This document shows positions 27,630 through 41,700 of a stretch of DNA of 64,000 bases, piece after piece. The translations under genes were made by a program, and so were the position numbers. Numbering within the stretch: position 1 is the first letter of the stretch; every line of letters begins with the position of its first letter. A model generated the notes under the pieces. That model saw nothing but the letters and a program-made list of their open reading frames with translations, made no database searches and was not told the DNA's origin. This DNA is from Ptychomitrium polyphyllum (lineage: Eukaryota). The stretch spans positions 11,656,001 to 11,720,000 of the forward strand of contig OZ316776.1 of NCBI GenBank assembly GCA_973851085.1, read 5' to 3'.

Positions 27630-29613
27630 ATGGCGTCGCCAGCTGCAGCGGCGAGGCTGCGTGAGTTGCAAGCGCAGCCTGGGAACAAGACGTGTGTGGA
27701 CTGTCCCCAGCGGAATCCGCAATGGGCGTCGGTATCCTACGGTATATTCATGTGTTTGGAGTGTTCGGGCAAGCACCGGGGTCTCGGCGTGCACATCAGT
27801 TTCGTGCGATCTGTTTCTATGGACTCGTGGTCTGAGATCCAGCTGAAGAAGATGCAAGCTGGGGGTAACTCTGTGCTCAACAGTTTTCTGGCCCAGTACG
27901 GGATCTCGAAGGAAACCGACATTGTGGCTAAGTACAACTCGAAAGCTGCGACAGTGTACCGGGACAGGATTCAGGCTTTAGCGGAGGGTCGGTCGTGGAA
28001 TGCTCCGCCTGTACTGAAGGAAAGCGTCAGTTCAGGGACCCAAGGGGGCGCTCGAGCGAGCAGTGGCAGTGGGAGTGGCAGTGGGGGCGCCCGAGCGAGC
28101 AATGGGTGGGATGATTGGGACGAGGAGTCGAGCCGTGGTAGTGGGGGCAGTGGAAACATTCGACGACATGGCTCAGACAGCTCCATCGCGGGTGCAGGTG
28201 GGAATGGGCCACCTCGGTCTCACAGTTCAGGTGATATTTACTCGAAATCGCAACTGGAGGCGTCGGCGGCTGGGAAGGAAACGTTTTTTGCTCGTAAGCA
28301 GATGGAGAATGCTTCTCGCCCGGATAACCTGCCACCATCGCAAGGGGGCAAGTACGTGGGATTTGGTTCGGGGGGTGGGCGGCCTCCAGCCAGAGGTCCG
28401 CCTCCAGGTGGCGATGTGCTGAATGAGTCAGTTACTGTGCTGACTCAGGTATGTCTCGCTTGATCCGCGCCCGGTGACTCGAGTAGGCTAAACTTTGTTG
28501 TCAGTGCTCTGTGCATGCATTATCATGTGGGTTGTGTGTAATTTATTTAACCGGGGACGAAAGTTTTCCAGTAGGGCTTACCTCGCTGTTGATAGCATAT
28601 TGAGTTCTGCCTTGGCCAGTCATTTGTTTTTCTTAGTGCTAGGTTTTCTCTCTTTATGCTCGGCATTGGGGCTAGACGCTTTTGGTCCTACCGGACTTGT
28701 TATCTCCGACAGCTGGAGTACCATATTTACATGTTAATTTACGCTATCGGATCCCAGGGGTGTGTTTTGACGTTCCCGTACACTATCCCCTTTCTTGTAC
28801 TTCCATGGTTTCAAAAAGTAGTGGTCAAAGAAAGTTAGAATCGATGGTTTTCTCCACAAAAATTGGTATTTATGGAGCTTTAATCTAGTTGGAACATACT
28901 TGCAGGGTTTCAGTCGCTTAACAGCCGTGGCGGCTTCAGCTGCTCAAAATGCAGCGTCAGCACTTCAAGCAAGTTCTACTGACATCCAAGCTAAGGTGGG
29001 AGTCAATTTTCACAGTCCTGAGCCACGTTCATGAAAGTTTCCCTTATAGGCTGTTATCACGAAGCAGCTCAAAATTGACGCATGAACCCGGCATTTTTGA
29101 ATTCTGATTGCTGTGATTGTCATCTATGCTGACTGTTGTCGTGTCATTGATTTGCAGGTACGTGAAGGAGGTTATGATCAGAAGGTAAACGAGACAGTAT
29201 CAGTGGTGGCGGCCAAGGGCACCGAAGTGGGCCAGAAGGCTTGGGGCTTCATGCGTGGAGTTATGGCCATGGCATCTCAACAAGTAGAAGCTTACACTAA
29301 AGACGGAATCAGCAGCTCCTCCAACCAGTATGGCTCAAGTTACGGTTCTCTAGATTCTCGGGGTGGAGGTGTTGGATACCAGGAGCTGAATGGCAATCAT
29401 GCATGGGAAACTCCTGCAAAATCCAATGACGGCTGGCAAGAATGGGAAGGTATTAAGAAGGTGGCAGAGCCTAAACCTCAAACTACTACTGCGAAGGAGA
29501 CTGGTTTCTGGGCTGGGTGGGATGACCATGAAGACGATCACCAATCATCGACTGCCAGCAAAAAGGCTGACGATGGATGGGGTGACGACTCATGGGATGC
29601 TGGCTTTAAGTAG
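27630..29613 (+). CDS. AGD7: ADP-ribosylation factor GTPase-activating protein, ArfGAP1/AGD6-AGD7 type; exons 27630-28448, 28906-28995, 29158-29613
   Basis: CxxC-x16-CxxC zinc finger (CVDC...[20 protein letters not shown]), [14 protein letters not shown] motif and Trp-acidic C-terminal motifs. AGD6 and AGD7 cannot be distinguished here. Confidence 0.93.
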
Positions 29614-29939
29614 TAGGTGTCGGTGTTGGCAGAAAACCTTCTATGGCATTCAATTGTAACGTTGAGCTCGTTGTGATCTCTTACTTGAGGGGATGAGTAC
29701 TTTTTCGGCCAGTTTCCTGGAGGTTCTTTATATGATTACGAAGTTTCTCGTTGGTAAGGAGGATTGTTTATCCTTTGGTTAAGTTCAAGTTATAGGTATG
29801 CGTAGTTTATAGTTCTACAACTGCATATAGTTTCTGGAAATATTGGCAGAGGCTGTAATCCATTTTCATGATTATAATACTTGGGGGCACATTGCGCCCA
29901 TAGCCAATTTAAGCCTTCATTTATTTCCTCTGGGTTTTT

Positions 29940-32346
29940 ATAGCGGCGATTAGTGGAGACTACTTAGTGATATGTGTACACACCCTATTGGGGAAGCCTG
30001 AGAAATTTGCCTTCCAATGTTAAACAAGAATCTGTAATTGGCTCTACAGGCCACTAGACTTCATCACATAAGTGCGGTTGCGTATCCATGTCCAGAAATT
30101 ATGAATTTAAACTCTTGCTTGCATAAGAATAGGTGGCACGGGAAATAGAATTGGGAAACCCCTACTTTCAATCACTGCAAGGACACAGATGTAACATGCA
30201 GTAGTGTGTTACCAAGGTTGACTTGCCCGACCCCGAGCTAGTGCCTCACAACAAAAAATCTTTCTGCTCAGAGGCATCACAAGGGACGATGCATGAGGCA
30301 CTTAATTTGTGCAGTGAATGCTACGAGTTAGAAGTGGGTCTCAAGTTCTCAACTGTTGCAACCTTTATGATTGATGCTACATCTCTTTGTTACACATTTT
30401 CCATACCCCTTCCAAGGTCCTTTTTATGTGGTCTGCATAATGCATCGTGAGCAAGATTTCTATGTGTACCGGTATTCAATTCCTCCTCGGTTGCAAAGTT
30501 TCTCCGCTGCATCTTTACACCTCTGCACATTTAATCAATGATCGCTTGTGGACAGCGCATCCACTTTCCGTTGCACAATCCTGCCCTCAACTTATTCCTC
30601 ACCTCCCGTACGGTGAGCTTGTACAACAGACGTAGTACGGTATTCTCATTGCAGAATTCTTCATTGGAGGAGAATGGAGTGGAGACCAAGAGCAACAATA
30701 TGAACAAGGAAGGCTGCAACGAGAGTGCACATGATTGTTGCGACGGGAACATGCTGATCATCCGGAACATGAATGTGAGCAGTGAGAAGTCTGAGGAACA
30801 GAACTTCAGATCTGAGGAAGGCGTTAGAATTTTACAATAGGATATAAGATGGCCGACTTACTAAGCCCATGCCCGTGAGTAGTAGAACAATACACCACTT
30901 CTAAACCTTGCTAAACATTGTCTACAGAATAGTATCTTGCCTAGATGCTCCACATTGGTGCACTGGTTAAGAACGTTCTGAACCCATGTAAAGATCTGAT
31001 GTGAAATAAGGTTTGTTAAACAATGATGTTCTAGGAAATGTAGACAGCTTGATCTTACAATCAAACAACTTTCATGTTGCTGTGCTCCAAGTACTCCAAG
31101 TCACTGCACCTTAAAAGATGGTCAATAGAGACTGCTTAATAAATTGTGTACAGTACCTAGCAGTAATAACTCGTCCCCCTCCCCTCTGTGGAAAACTGCA
31201 CCTAAAGCCCAATCTCGAAATGGCACCTTAGACTCAATAGTCCATGAACTCACAAACGGTAAATTGGGTTGGGAATGTAATTGAGTTTAGTTTCATGACA
31301 CAACAAGTCTGTACATCAAAGTTGTAAAATCATAAAATAATAGAGCTTTTGTGTTACACTATCTACCAGCGCCAACTCCACTAATCATGAGCACAATATG
31401 AAATAGCATGCTAGCATTGAGAACTTCAATTGTCTTCCTAATCACATTAAATGGATTCGGCCCAAATTCTCTTAGTTGTTCAGCCACAACTCATTTTCTC
31501 AAGAACTTTCCAATGGCGTTACTAGTTATTACTGCCAGGTATTGTACACAACCTGCTGGGGAATCATCAGAAATTTGCAGTGGAGTGTTAAAACAATAAT
31601 CTGTAATAGGATCTACAGGCCTCTAAACTTTGACGTAAGTGCAGTTGTGCACCCATATTCAGATAACATGAATTTGAACTGCTGCTTGCATAGCAATAGG
31701 TAGCACGGTAAACAGAAGGGAGAGAGCCCTACTTTCAACCAACGAAGACAAAGATATGATACATGCAGGAGCCTGTTGCCAAGGTTTTCTTGCCCCAACC
31801 CGCACCAGTGCAAAGTACTTTACTGGAAACAGTAGGCCCACAACATGCAATTAAAAGTGTAGCAGTTGGTCGTGGAATTCTTGGCATCAGACATATCCAC
31901 CTGATGATGAATATCCTATTGTTAAAAGCTTTGTTGCAACGACATATTTTTAAAAGTACAGTATCCTCTGCATCCACATACCAGAAATCCTTTTTAGCAA
32001 GAAAGTGCTTCGGCATGTAAAGATTTTGAATCTAAAAAGACTATCCGGTTCAAGCATTTAGCAGGATTGTCCTGCATTGCTTACACTGAAAAAAACTGAC
32101 GGAGAAGATAGATACGATAGCATAAAACAGTGACTAAATTGCATTAGAAGGTTCAGACTACACACAAAAATGTGCAGAACATCAGCAGTTAGCCAGCTAC
32201 GGTAAACAGAAGGGAGAGAGCCCTACTTCAACCACTGAGGACACAAATGAGACACAGGTGCGGGAGCGTATTACCAAGGCAAACATGCCCGAACCCGCAC
32301 AAGTGCCCTCACAAAAAAGAATCTTTTTGCTCAGAGGTATCACAAG
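29940..32346. repeat. Three diverged direct copies of a non-coding module (about 29940-30283, 31510-31811, 32198-32346)
   Basis: Shared blocks: GGTAAACAGAAGGGAGAGAGCCCTACTT(T)CAACC at 31707 and 32201; AATCTTTYTGCTCAGAGGYATCACAAG near 30257 and 32320; ATGAATTTRAACT..TGCTTGCATA..AATAGGTRGCACGG near 30100 and 31668. Confidence 0.9.
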
Positions 32347-32728
32347 TAAGAAACGGCTGACTCCTAGAACTCCAATCTCTACACTTGTCCCCGATTCTCT
32401 TCCCAGCGTAGAGCACAAAACTCTAATCTCAGGAGTCCACAAGCTGCATCAGTTATGCCCTATCCTCTCTAGCCTTGTGTAATATGTTCAACCTGGCCAG
32501 GATCATCCTCCACTTCTGGACATGTCACCATGCAGTAGTCGAGTCCTGGGATCACGCAAGCCAACCATGCCCAACTCGTACCAGCCAAAATATACTATAT
32601 GAGAGCAATAACAGATCTTCACACGAACAGAAAAAACCTGAAGCTGAAAAAATGCTGCATCAGTGTTTAAAGGGGGACGGTTGAACAGGAACTTGAATCT
32701 GAAATCTCGATGTCATCAAGGGATGTGC

Positions 32729-35700
32729 TTATGTATCAATCATTTCGTCTTGGAGTTCAACTGGAGCTATCAGTCCAGGGATGCTAAGCATTCGCCTCCT
32801 TTCTGCCTCTCTTTGTACAGCAGCTTCTTCAGCATAGAGGTCCTTATTATCCTGCACATGAATACCATATGAGATTCACATCCAATCACTTTTAAATGGA
32901 GCTCAATAAATACTGGAAAGAACTAACAATCGAAAATTGCAATATGTGAATCTAACATAGACATCTGCAGTCTTACACATTCATATTTATCCATTGAACT
33001 TAAAAAAGTGACAAGCCCTATCAGAAAAACCAGAAGGTGATGATATAACCATATTTTTCTAACAGAAATTAGTGTACCTGAGCTGAAAACTCCTTGGACT
33101 GAATCAAGAAGTCACGAAGTTGGTTCTTGAAAGCTCCCAACTCACTTCGGGTCTCAAATAGTCCGTTGACGAATGTTGTCACCTACAAAAGTGTCCAAAA
33201 CACCAAATGAGAAAGCTGTTCACATCAATAGAATGGCCAATGCCCATAACCTTCAGGTTCTTAGGACGACTTCTAAAAGGGAGGATAAAAGAGATTCTGA
33301 AGAGGTACGTATGGCAAGCAATACAAAAAAATGATTCAGTAACTCTAGGATATAGTACACAGAAAGGAATAAAAGAGAACTAAGAACATGCCTCAACAGG
33401 AGTCATATTAGGAAATGACGTTCCGAGAAGCTTGATGGTGTAATCCCGAACAAATTCCATATTAGTTGGAAAGGCTGTTGGACCTAAGGCTGTTACATCC
33501 CAAAGTGGTTGAGAAAGGGCCCCTGAATCAACCTGAAATAGGGCTATGTTAGAAGTGCACGGGAAAACAACCACTGAAACTTAGGATTCAGGTAAATGAG
33601 AAGAAAAGGGTTGGAACGAGATATTACCAGACAAAATAAGTGTTGGAGAATCAACACATGCAGTTTGAATCCCGGCTTGTGGAAGGTGTCAGTCAAAACT
33701 GCAAATATTTCTTGTTCGATAGTGAGGAAGTAGGTCTGATGAAACTGGTTGCAGAATTCCGACGACTGTACCACAAAACAAATACACAAAAAGCACAAAT
33801 GGATTAAGTTACGTATACAAACCTGCAATGAAGAGTTTTACAAGAAGCAATCGAAGAATACTATATAGAGATAGACAACGTTATAACAAATTTGTTAATT
33901 CAGCGCCATATTCTATAATATACAGAACAAGCAAATTGTAAATACTGCAAATCATTGATCACTATGCAATGCCATTAAGTTTAAAATTACTTGGAAGTTT
34001 GTGAGCATTTCAAGGAGGAGGTTGAGCCCAGTTTCAGCAACATTGCGCTCTGTGTGACGAAACGCCCATATAATGGAGTCCATCACCAGTTTCAGTTGCT
34101 GCGCACAGGCAGAAAATATCAGATGCAAATTCCCCAAACTTTAAAATTGATTTCTTTATGAAGGAAACCAAGTAACGCAACTGATCAACAGAAAATACAA
34201 GATGGAGCTGGAAAATCGTTAACTTCATAAAAAGGACAAAGGTTCTAATTGCTAATGTCCTGCTACTATTTGGACCACCCAACCCAAAGGTAGACTTACT
34301 TGGCTTGATAACGTGAAAAGAGCACGAAAACAATGGCTCGCAATTGCCCGCAACAACGAGAAGAACTTGAGACGATGTTCTGGATAGTCCTCAAAGTTTT
34401 TGGTTATCATCTGTATACCCACAAATTCGAGTGTTAAAGCCCTAGCTCTAATTTCTATTAATCCTTCAAGGGAGGGTTATTTCATTCCCTTGTTGTAAGT
34501 TTGAGAGGTATATTGTAGCTTTTGTGAGTGGAGCTTGTCTGCTTATACCTCGAGAGTGCATGCAAAAACAGCTTCGAAAATTCGGGGGACGTCCTCCATC
34601 ATGGCGCCCTTTAACCTGCAAGGTGAATCACAATGTTCAGTTTCCTACTTCATGCAACAAGTTTCACCTCTCAAGCTTCAAGGCAAGATGTACATTTACT
34701 CTTTATCTCTTGCCAATCAATGATACAGGAATTCACGGTAGAAACAGTTCTATAATATTCACTAATACCAAAAACCTCGAAACGTAACAAGGTAGATTTC
34801 TGAAAAGCTGAAGTCCACAATTACGTGAGGCTATGATACGCACTTGTTAATAATAGTTGCAAACAGAGACAAAACTTCAGATTCACGTGCGTCAGAAACA
34901 TTGCGGGCATAGTCACCCAGAATGGGATCCGTCATAGCTGGCACAAAATTCTTGGCAATCAGCTCCGTGTCTTCAGCTTTATCCACAAATGTTTCAATCA
35001 ATTTTAGTGTTTCCCGCTTAACAGACCTGCAGAAAGGAAAAACATAAATTCGGTCGCACATCTTTTGGAACTTCAACTTATCATAAATGTTTATACTGTA
35101 CAATGCAGATGAATTGGAGGGAGAACATACGGTGGTTCAAAGAATTCAGTAGGAATCGAATAAACTGTCAGCGATCTATATCTTACCTCAAGAGCTTGAC
35201 AAATGAGGTCTTTGATGCGTAAGGTCCTCCTTCAGCAATAGTACTCGATATGAGCTCACTGTACATCCTGTATTCACAAAGGAACTTCCTTATACGTCAG
35301 ATATTCAAGGAGTCTCTAAATTAATACATACGAAGAAGTAATTGATTAGACAAAACATGATATAAATAACATGGTACATGTGGGTACAATAGCAACACCT
35401 TCAAAATTGTGGATAAACATTTTGCCCAACCAAAGCTCTGAAGCAATGTCACTTTACCTATAAACATTCAGCATATCCAAGTAGATCAACGATATTTGAG
35501 ATAGGAACGATTGGCCAAGTGAGCTGGCAACACTGGTGTTCAACTGTCACAAGCAAGTAGAATTCACATAAAGCCTATGTTAATAACCAATACTGAAAGG
35601 AGCAAGAATTTTATAGAAAGGTATTAGTGCTTCATAAATTCAGGATGCAGCTCTATCGTTATGTCCTACATATCAGGTCATACCGGCTTGAAAGTCTGCA

Positions 35701-38700
35701 TGTTCAAACGATACATGATACACACCTGAAGAATGTTAAGAACAGCTCGTACAACTTCTTGTGACTTTAAATACTCGACACTTAGACGAGCTTGACTGAT
35801 GATTTCTACCCATCTCTGCACAAATTATACAGCTTGATCAGCCAACCAAGAATACAAATCAATTAAGACAATTGACTTCAAGTTCATCTACCAAGTTGTG
35901 AAACCAATCTATGGAGGGAGAATGCATAAAGTCGATTCAATCATCAGTAAAAAGCAAGCCCATCCAGCTCACATCTACAATGAGTTTCAAACTTCAAAGT
36001 GCGAACGTTCGCATAATTCCATCACATCGACCGATCAAGTAAAACAATTGCATAATAGTCAACCTGATTAGGAAGCTCCATAAGCTTCTGCAGGTATTCA
36101 TCCCGTCTTTGTGGGTCTGATTCAGCTTGTATCATGAATGCAACCTGAAATAAGGCTAAACGTCAATGCCAGCCACTCTTGCAGCAAATAAATTTCTGCG
36201 ACAGGTTTATGAAAGCAATCTAATTCTAACTAAATAGAGCTCGAAAAACCTTGGCATAACAAATGCAGGGGAAAATTGTAAGCAAATTGCAAACGAATTA
36301 GGATTTTTCACATACAGCTTCGTAGAAGGTGTGTATTTGATGAGCCTCCAGATCCAAAATGGTCGTCGGCAAACCCTTCAAAAGCTCGCATACAAAAGGC
36401 TCCGTTTCTCCGACCTAGAATGAAAGACAAGTGGCTTCCATCAAACAAAAACTAAAAAGCTATTGCAAGTAAAACCTCGAGAAGATTTCTGGACATCTAC
36501 GTAAGTCTTGAAACAGGTCTTACTTATGTCATGATGCTGGATTCAAGACAGATCAAATTAACCCAACAAGCCCATACAAAAGTCTAAATAAACCTAGAGG
36601 TTATAAAGATAAAATATCCATCCATAAAATTAGGTATGTACCTGAAGAATAACAAACTTTCTTCTACATTTTTGAACTATCTTCAGGAATGTGTCACAAG
36701 CCATATCCTGAACATGGCAACAAATGATATGATACAAATGATATAACAAGTAAAGATGACTTCACTGTTCATATTCATTGCAACTTGAATATCCCTGAGA
36801 GTTGATACCTAAAAACTAAATCCATGTTAACCAAGAAGAACCCAAATGGTTGTCCCAGACGGGATACAAGTAAAGCCAGAGACAATATAAAGCTTCTATG
36901 AAGAGAGATGCAATAATGAGGGAGCAATTTCTAATCAGTAAGGCAAGAGAAGGCAAGGGACCTGAACACCAGGATGAGTTTCGTGCATAAACTCAAAGAG
37001 CTTATTCACTACTGTCTTCAGAAACTTCCAATGAGCTCTCAAAAACCGAGGATACTGGCCCACTACATACCTGAAATGTGCAAGCAATATAAATTACTTA
37101 AGAACATACTGATTAAAAGCAACCAGTCTCATAGGTTTCACGTGAAAATGATTGAGCGAAGAGAATTCAACAAGATCACGTCAAAGAGCCTCTCACTAAC
37201 ACAACAGTAGAAATATTACGAGTACATCTAATCTGTCAAGAGTACATTCATGGACGCTCAAGCGTCGCCACCACAACCGGATCCAAGCATCGAAAATTCC
37301 TTAAAAAACAGAACATCAAGGATTGTATTCAGCAGCCATAACTGATAGTACATACATGATGTTGCTGGCAATCACCGCCTTGTTGTCCTTGCCCTTAGTG
37401 ATTTCACATAAATTGAGCAGATCACGAATTACAGTAACGAGAAACCGGTTTTCCTGCTTGTCCAAAAGCCATTACACAATGATTAAAAAATGCCACAACA
37501 TGCGGGGAAAATAACCCAGAGAAGTACATTTGAATGAAATCAGAGAAGCCCGAACTACTTGAGACAACCGGGTAACAAAAGATGACCATTACATCAGAAA
37601 TGCTCAAGAAACAAGGGCCCTCATATTAAAGGAAGAGCACTGATCAAATACATAACTAATACTCTTTCTAGATATCTAGACAAAGCCTTGCAACTAGGAT
37701 ATCTATAAACAGACTAATGAAAACTTACCTGATCTTCAACCATGGAGCCTGAAATAGACCCGATAGCCCAGCAGAGAGTGTTGAGGGTGTTCCAAGCCCA
37801 TTCATCACCATTCAATTGCTTGTTCAGCTTCTTAAGCATCTGCAAAAACAATAATATGTATGTCAACATGCAAAGGGCCACATAGAAACAAACCCAGGGA
37901 CTAGGAACAATTTTGTACCTTTTGCCACATACACAGCACACAGAAACACTAGCTTTTCAAAAACCTCCAAACATTTTTTGTCAATAACATAATAGAACTG
38001 AAATTACCTGCTGCTCTGTATCCTCATGATCCAAATGGGACAAATAAATCAAAGTCTCTCTCATAATCTGGATAATCATGGTACATTAAGTTAGTCACAA
38101 CGCATGACATTATTGCATTAAACTTGAATAAGGGTCATAAAGCTGGATTAACTATGCATGCAAAATATCCTATCCACAATATTCAACTCACGATACGAAA
38201 TTAAACATTGCTTGGCAGTAGTCAAAACAAAACATCCACCAGAACAGAAGGTACAAATGAGAATAACTAATATTCAGTCTAGTGTTTTATAATGCACAGT
38301 TATGTAACGATTATATGTCTGGAAAATATTGGAGGCCCACAAGGAAAGAACAAGAAGAAGACGTTCGTAAGGTACCTTATATTGAACAAGGACATCGTTG
38401 TCTTTCATAGTCTCCCGTACAATGTTGCCATTCTCATCCTCTACTATCAACACTTCCTCAGGCTTAGCCATGCGACTGACCATAAGCAATCTTAACTTCG
38501 ATAAAGGTCCCGCATATAACTGCTTGCGATGGGAGAGCTGCGACCCTATCCCATTCAACATTCCTCCTACCTGTGAATTTAACATTAGAAAATCATCTTA
38601 CTTGGCATAGCTTCCAACTTCATGAATACATTGAGTATCACTTATATAGCTGAAAGGAACATGTCAAAACAAAAATGTGAATGATAAGAGGCCATAGATG

Positions 38701-41700
38701 GAGTTATTTGATTAGATGGTCAAATACACTTGGTATAATAAACAATTTACTTTCAACTGGATGGTCTCAAAAGACATTTGAGCTAAAACAGCCAAAAGCT
38801 ACTGCAAGTCAGCTTAGCCCTAAGCGGGAGGGGAAAATACAGAAATTGCAGGAACTTAACATTCAACAGCCACCCAAACGACTAAGGACATACATGGACA
38901 ACAAGCGCACACACTTTCTTGAGAACAGGCCTTCTTACCTGGAGGCCCAAAGGAATAGGTGAAGCCGGAGTTTCCATGTTGCACTCTGACTGAAAAAGAT
39001 CACAAACAAGAGTATTCCAATAATCCAAACAAACCTAAAAAGTTCCAGCACAAACACTCCACAGTTAGTTGTAATACGCTGAAGCCATGAATACATTGAT
39101 CATCGTACAATCATCACCACCATAGAAGACGAAGGTACACACAAGAAAGAAAGCACAATAACAATTTCAATTATTTTCTCAACCTGTACTGCTTTATTTG
39201 GCGCAACAAACACTCACATATCTTGACGGGGGGAAACAATGCAAAACAAACAAGAAAATAATCTTCCTACCATTTACTGCAGATATGATGCATGTATGGC
39301 CCACACAACTGGCATAACAGAGTTGCATAATATCAATACTTCCATAACACCTTTTGTATGTTGTAAATAAATGTCAGACCTGAACAAACAACGCCTTAAG
39401 GCTAAGACCATTGAACCGTGCATACCTTAAAAACCTCTGTATCATCGACATACGAAATACCGATCAAATACTCCAGCCCCATAAGTAAAGAAGTTTGATT
39501 CTCTGGATTTGTCTCCAAAACTCCAATGTGAGACTGAAACCCCAAATATTCATGCAGATCAGTTTTTTGCAGACTTTCAACTAACAATAATTCAAAATCT
39601 CAAAACCTCAAAGAACAAAATGAGCATAACGAAAGGCAATAGAGATGTGAGGAGGAAAAGCCCAAACCTTGAAGAATGCAGTGAAAAACATTGCCAGATT
39701 TTGTATAAAAGCCTGCAAAAACCAAATGCAAATCGGGCCAAAAAACACTAAGAGATGGCAAACCAAAGGAAATGCAAACACGGAACAATAAAGTGCCCAA
39801 GCAATCTGTAGCCATCTAATCTCGAATACCATGAAAATACAGAGGAAGCGCATACTGGCTACTCTACAAAATTAAAGGGATGACCTGCAAGTTCATATTC
39901 GGTGAGAAAAGAACTTAAAAAGTCACAGAGCCTCCAAAGAACGTAACGTGAAGAAAGTATAACTCAAGGCAATACCTGATCCTCATCCGAGCCATTTCCA
40001 TAAGACTCTGGAACATTGGTGCCTGGCGGAAGAATAACCTGCAATAATTGAATGCAAAAATGATCTCCTAAATTCATGCATAGATCCATAGACATGAAGG
40101 TCCATAGACACGTTCGACCACAATCGCATATAACATAAAGCCGCAGAATATGTTGTCAGTGTCCATAAAGCATAAGGATATTAAACAAGAAAATAATACT
40201 GAGGAACACGTGTCCACACATCACTATCATCCATGATAAACACCATCCTTTATAGTAGAACAAGACTTGTTCTGTACCTGGAGCTGCACCATAAAAATGG
40301 TATAAAGCTTCACAAACTGGGCGTCATAGAAATCTCCAAAACTGAGTATAGCCACCTACACAATGAACGTCTCCTCAGTCTATGATCGACCAGTACATAA
40401 CAGAAAATCACAATCCTTGTGTTTGTTGGTATCAAAGTTACCAACCCCAAGAATATAAATTCAGAAATATGTCTTGGAGCTGCAAGTAAAAGGACTGACC
40501 TCAGTCAGACATTGCAGTGCCAGGTTACGATAGCCAACAACAGGAAAGAGTTTCAATAAAGTCTCAAGCTGCAAGTGCACCAAGGAACACGAAGAATTAA
40601 TTGTTAACGGACAAATTAAATTCACTGACCACCCTCCTGATTGCAGTAATACTGATAGACAATACCTAGTGAATATCTGGCTCACTGGATGGATTTACAT
40701 GAATTTACACTACCCACTAACTACTAGGAACTGTGTTAATCGTTTTTTTCACAAAATAAAATTAAAGAGTCACCTAACATGGAAGTTGGCACTAATTTTC
40801 TGATTGAGACTATACAGGACAATAAGTAAGGAAATACTCACCAACGCTGATTCAAATATGTAACCAAGTGGAATCCAGGACAGGAAAGCGTGTAGAGTGG
40901 CCAGTGTTGCTCGGATAAGTTCAGGACGTTGAGACATTGACAAAACGTATTGGCACAACTCATGAATGAGCTGAAATTCACTGTTAGACCATCCCGCAAT
41001 TCCAAAACACACATGTTAGTTTAAAGCTTCAGGCAGTAACATGACAGTCACGTCTGAAGATGGCCAAGCCTTAACTAAGTCCCAAGTTATGTACACGGAA
41101 GTATTTCATGTTCATCTCACAAGTATGCATATAGTGGAAACTCAAGTAATAAAAGTGAGTGCGTACCTATTTAAAGAGTTCTTCAACTCTTTGATCTTAC
41201 TTTGAGTCAACTCTCCTCGTGAAAAGTCAAAAACTTCCTCGCTAAGAAGCTGTAATTCATCATTCTAGAGTCAGACACTTGTCGACATTCAAATTCGCAT
41301 AGCACACCGTGTTCAGAATAATAAAGAGCATCACTTGGACAACAATACCATTGAATAACCTAAATACGGTAGATAACATTAAATACCTTCAATATAACCA
41401 TGCAGTTTTCACACAGTGATTCACTGCTTTTTGCAGCTGAAACGAGATCTGGTATAAATCTGGGCCATCGCGCAGGCCATTCATGTTTCAGGACCTGCAC
41501 AAAAAACATATCCATCCTTGTAATTACCAGAAATGAATAAATCTCCGGTACTATACAAGCCTGGTCATTAACCAAACCAATGACCAAATGTCCAGCACAA
41601 TCATAGCATAATTCAAAACAAAACATAAAACATCATTGACTTGTTTACAAGCACTTAAAGAACAACCATACCTGAACAAGAATTATGTTTAGCTTGTTCA

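Noticed and set aside
26893..27688. ORFs upstream of and antisense to the ARF-GAP gene
   Set aside because: GC-rich 5' leader region; no protein family features.
30136..32346. Repeated two-hairpin module as an H/ACA or C/D snoRNA, TPP riboswitch or known ribozyme
   Set aside because: No consistently placed H and ACA boxes or C/D pair across the copies, and no TPP aptamer, hammerhead, HDV or twister core recognised by eye. An Rfam scan is still needed.
40174..40181. U12-type donor-like ATATCCTT on the minus strand
   Set aside because: It lies inside an ordinary GT-AG intron, not at an exon boundary.
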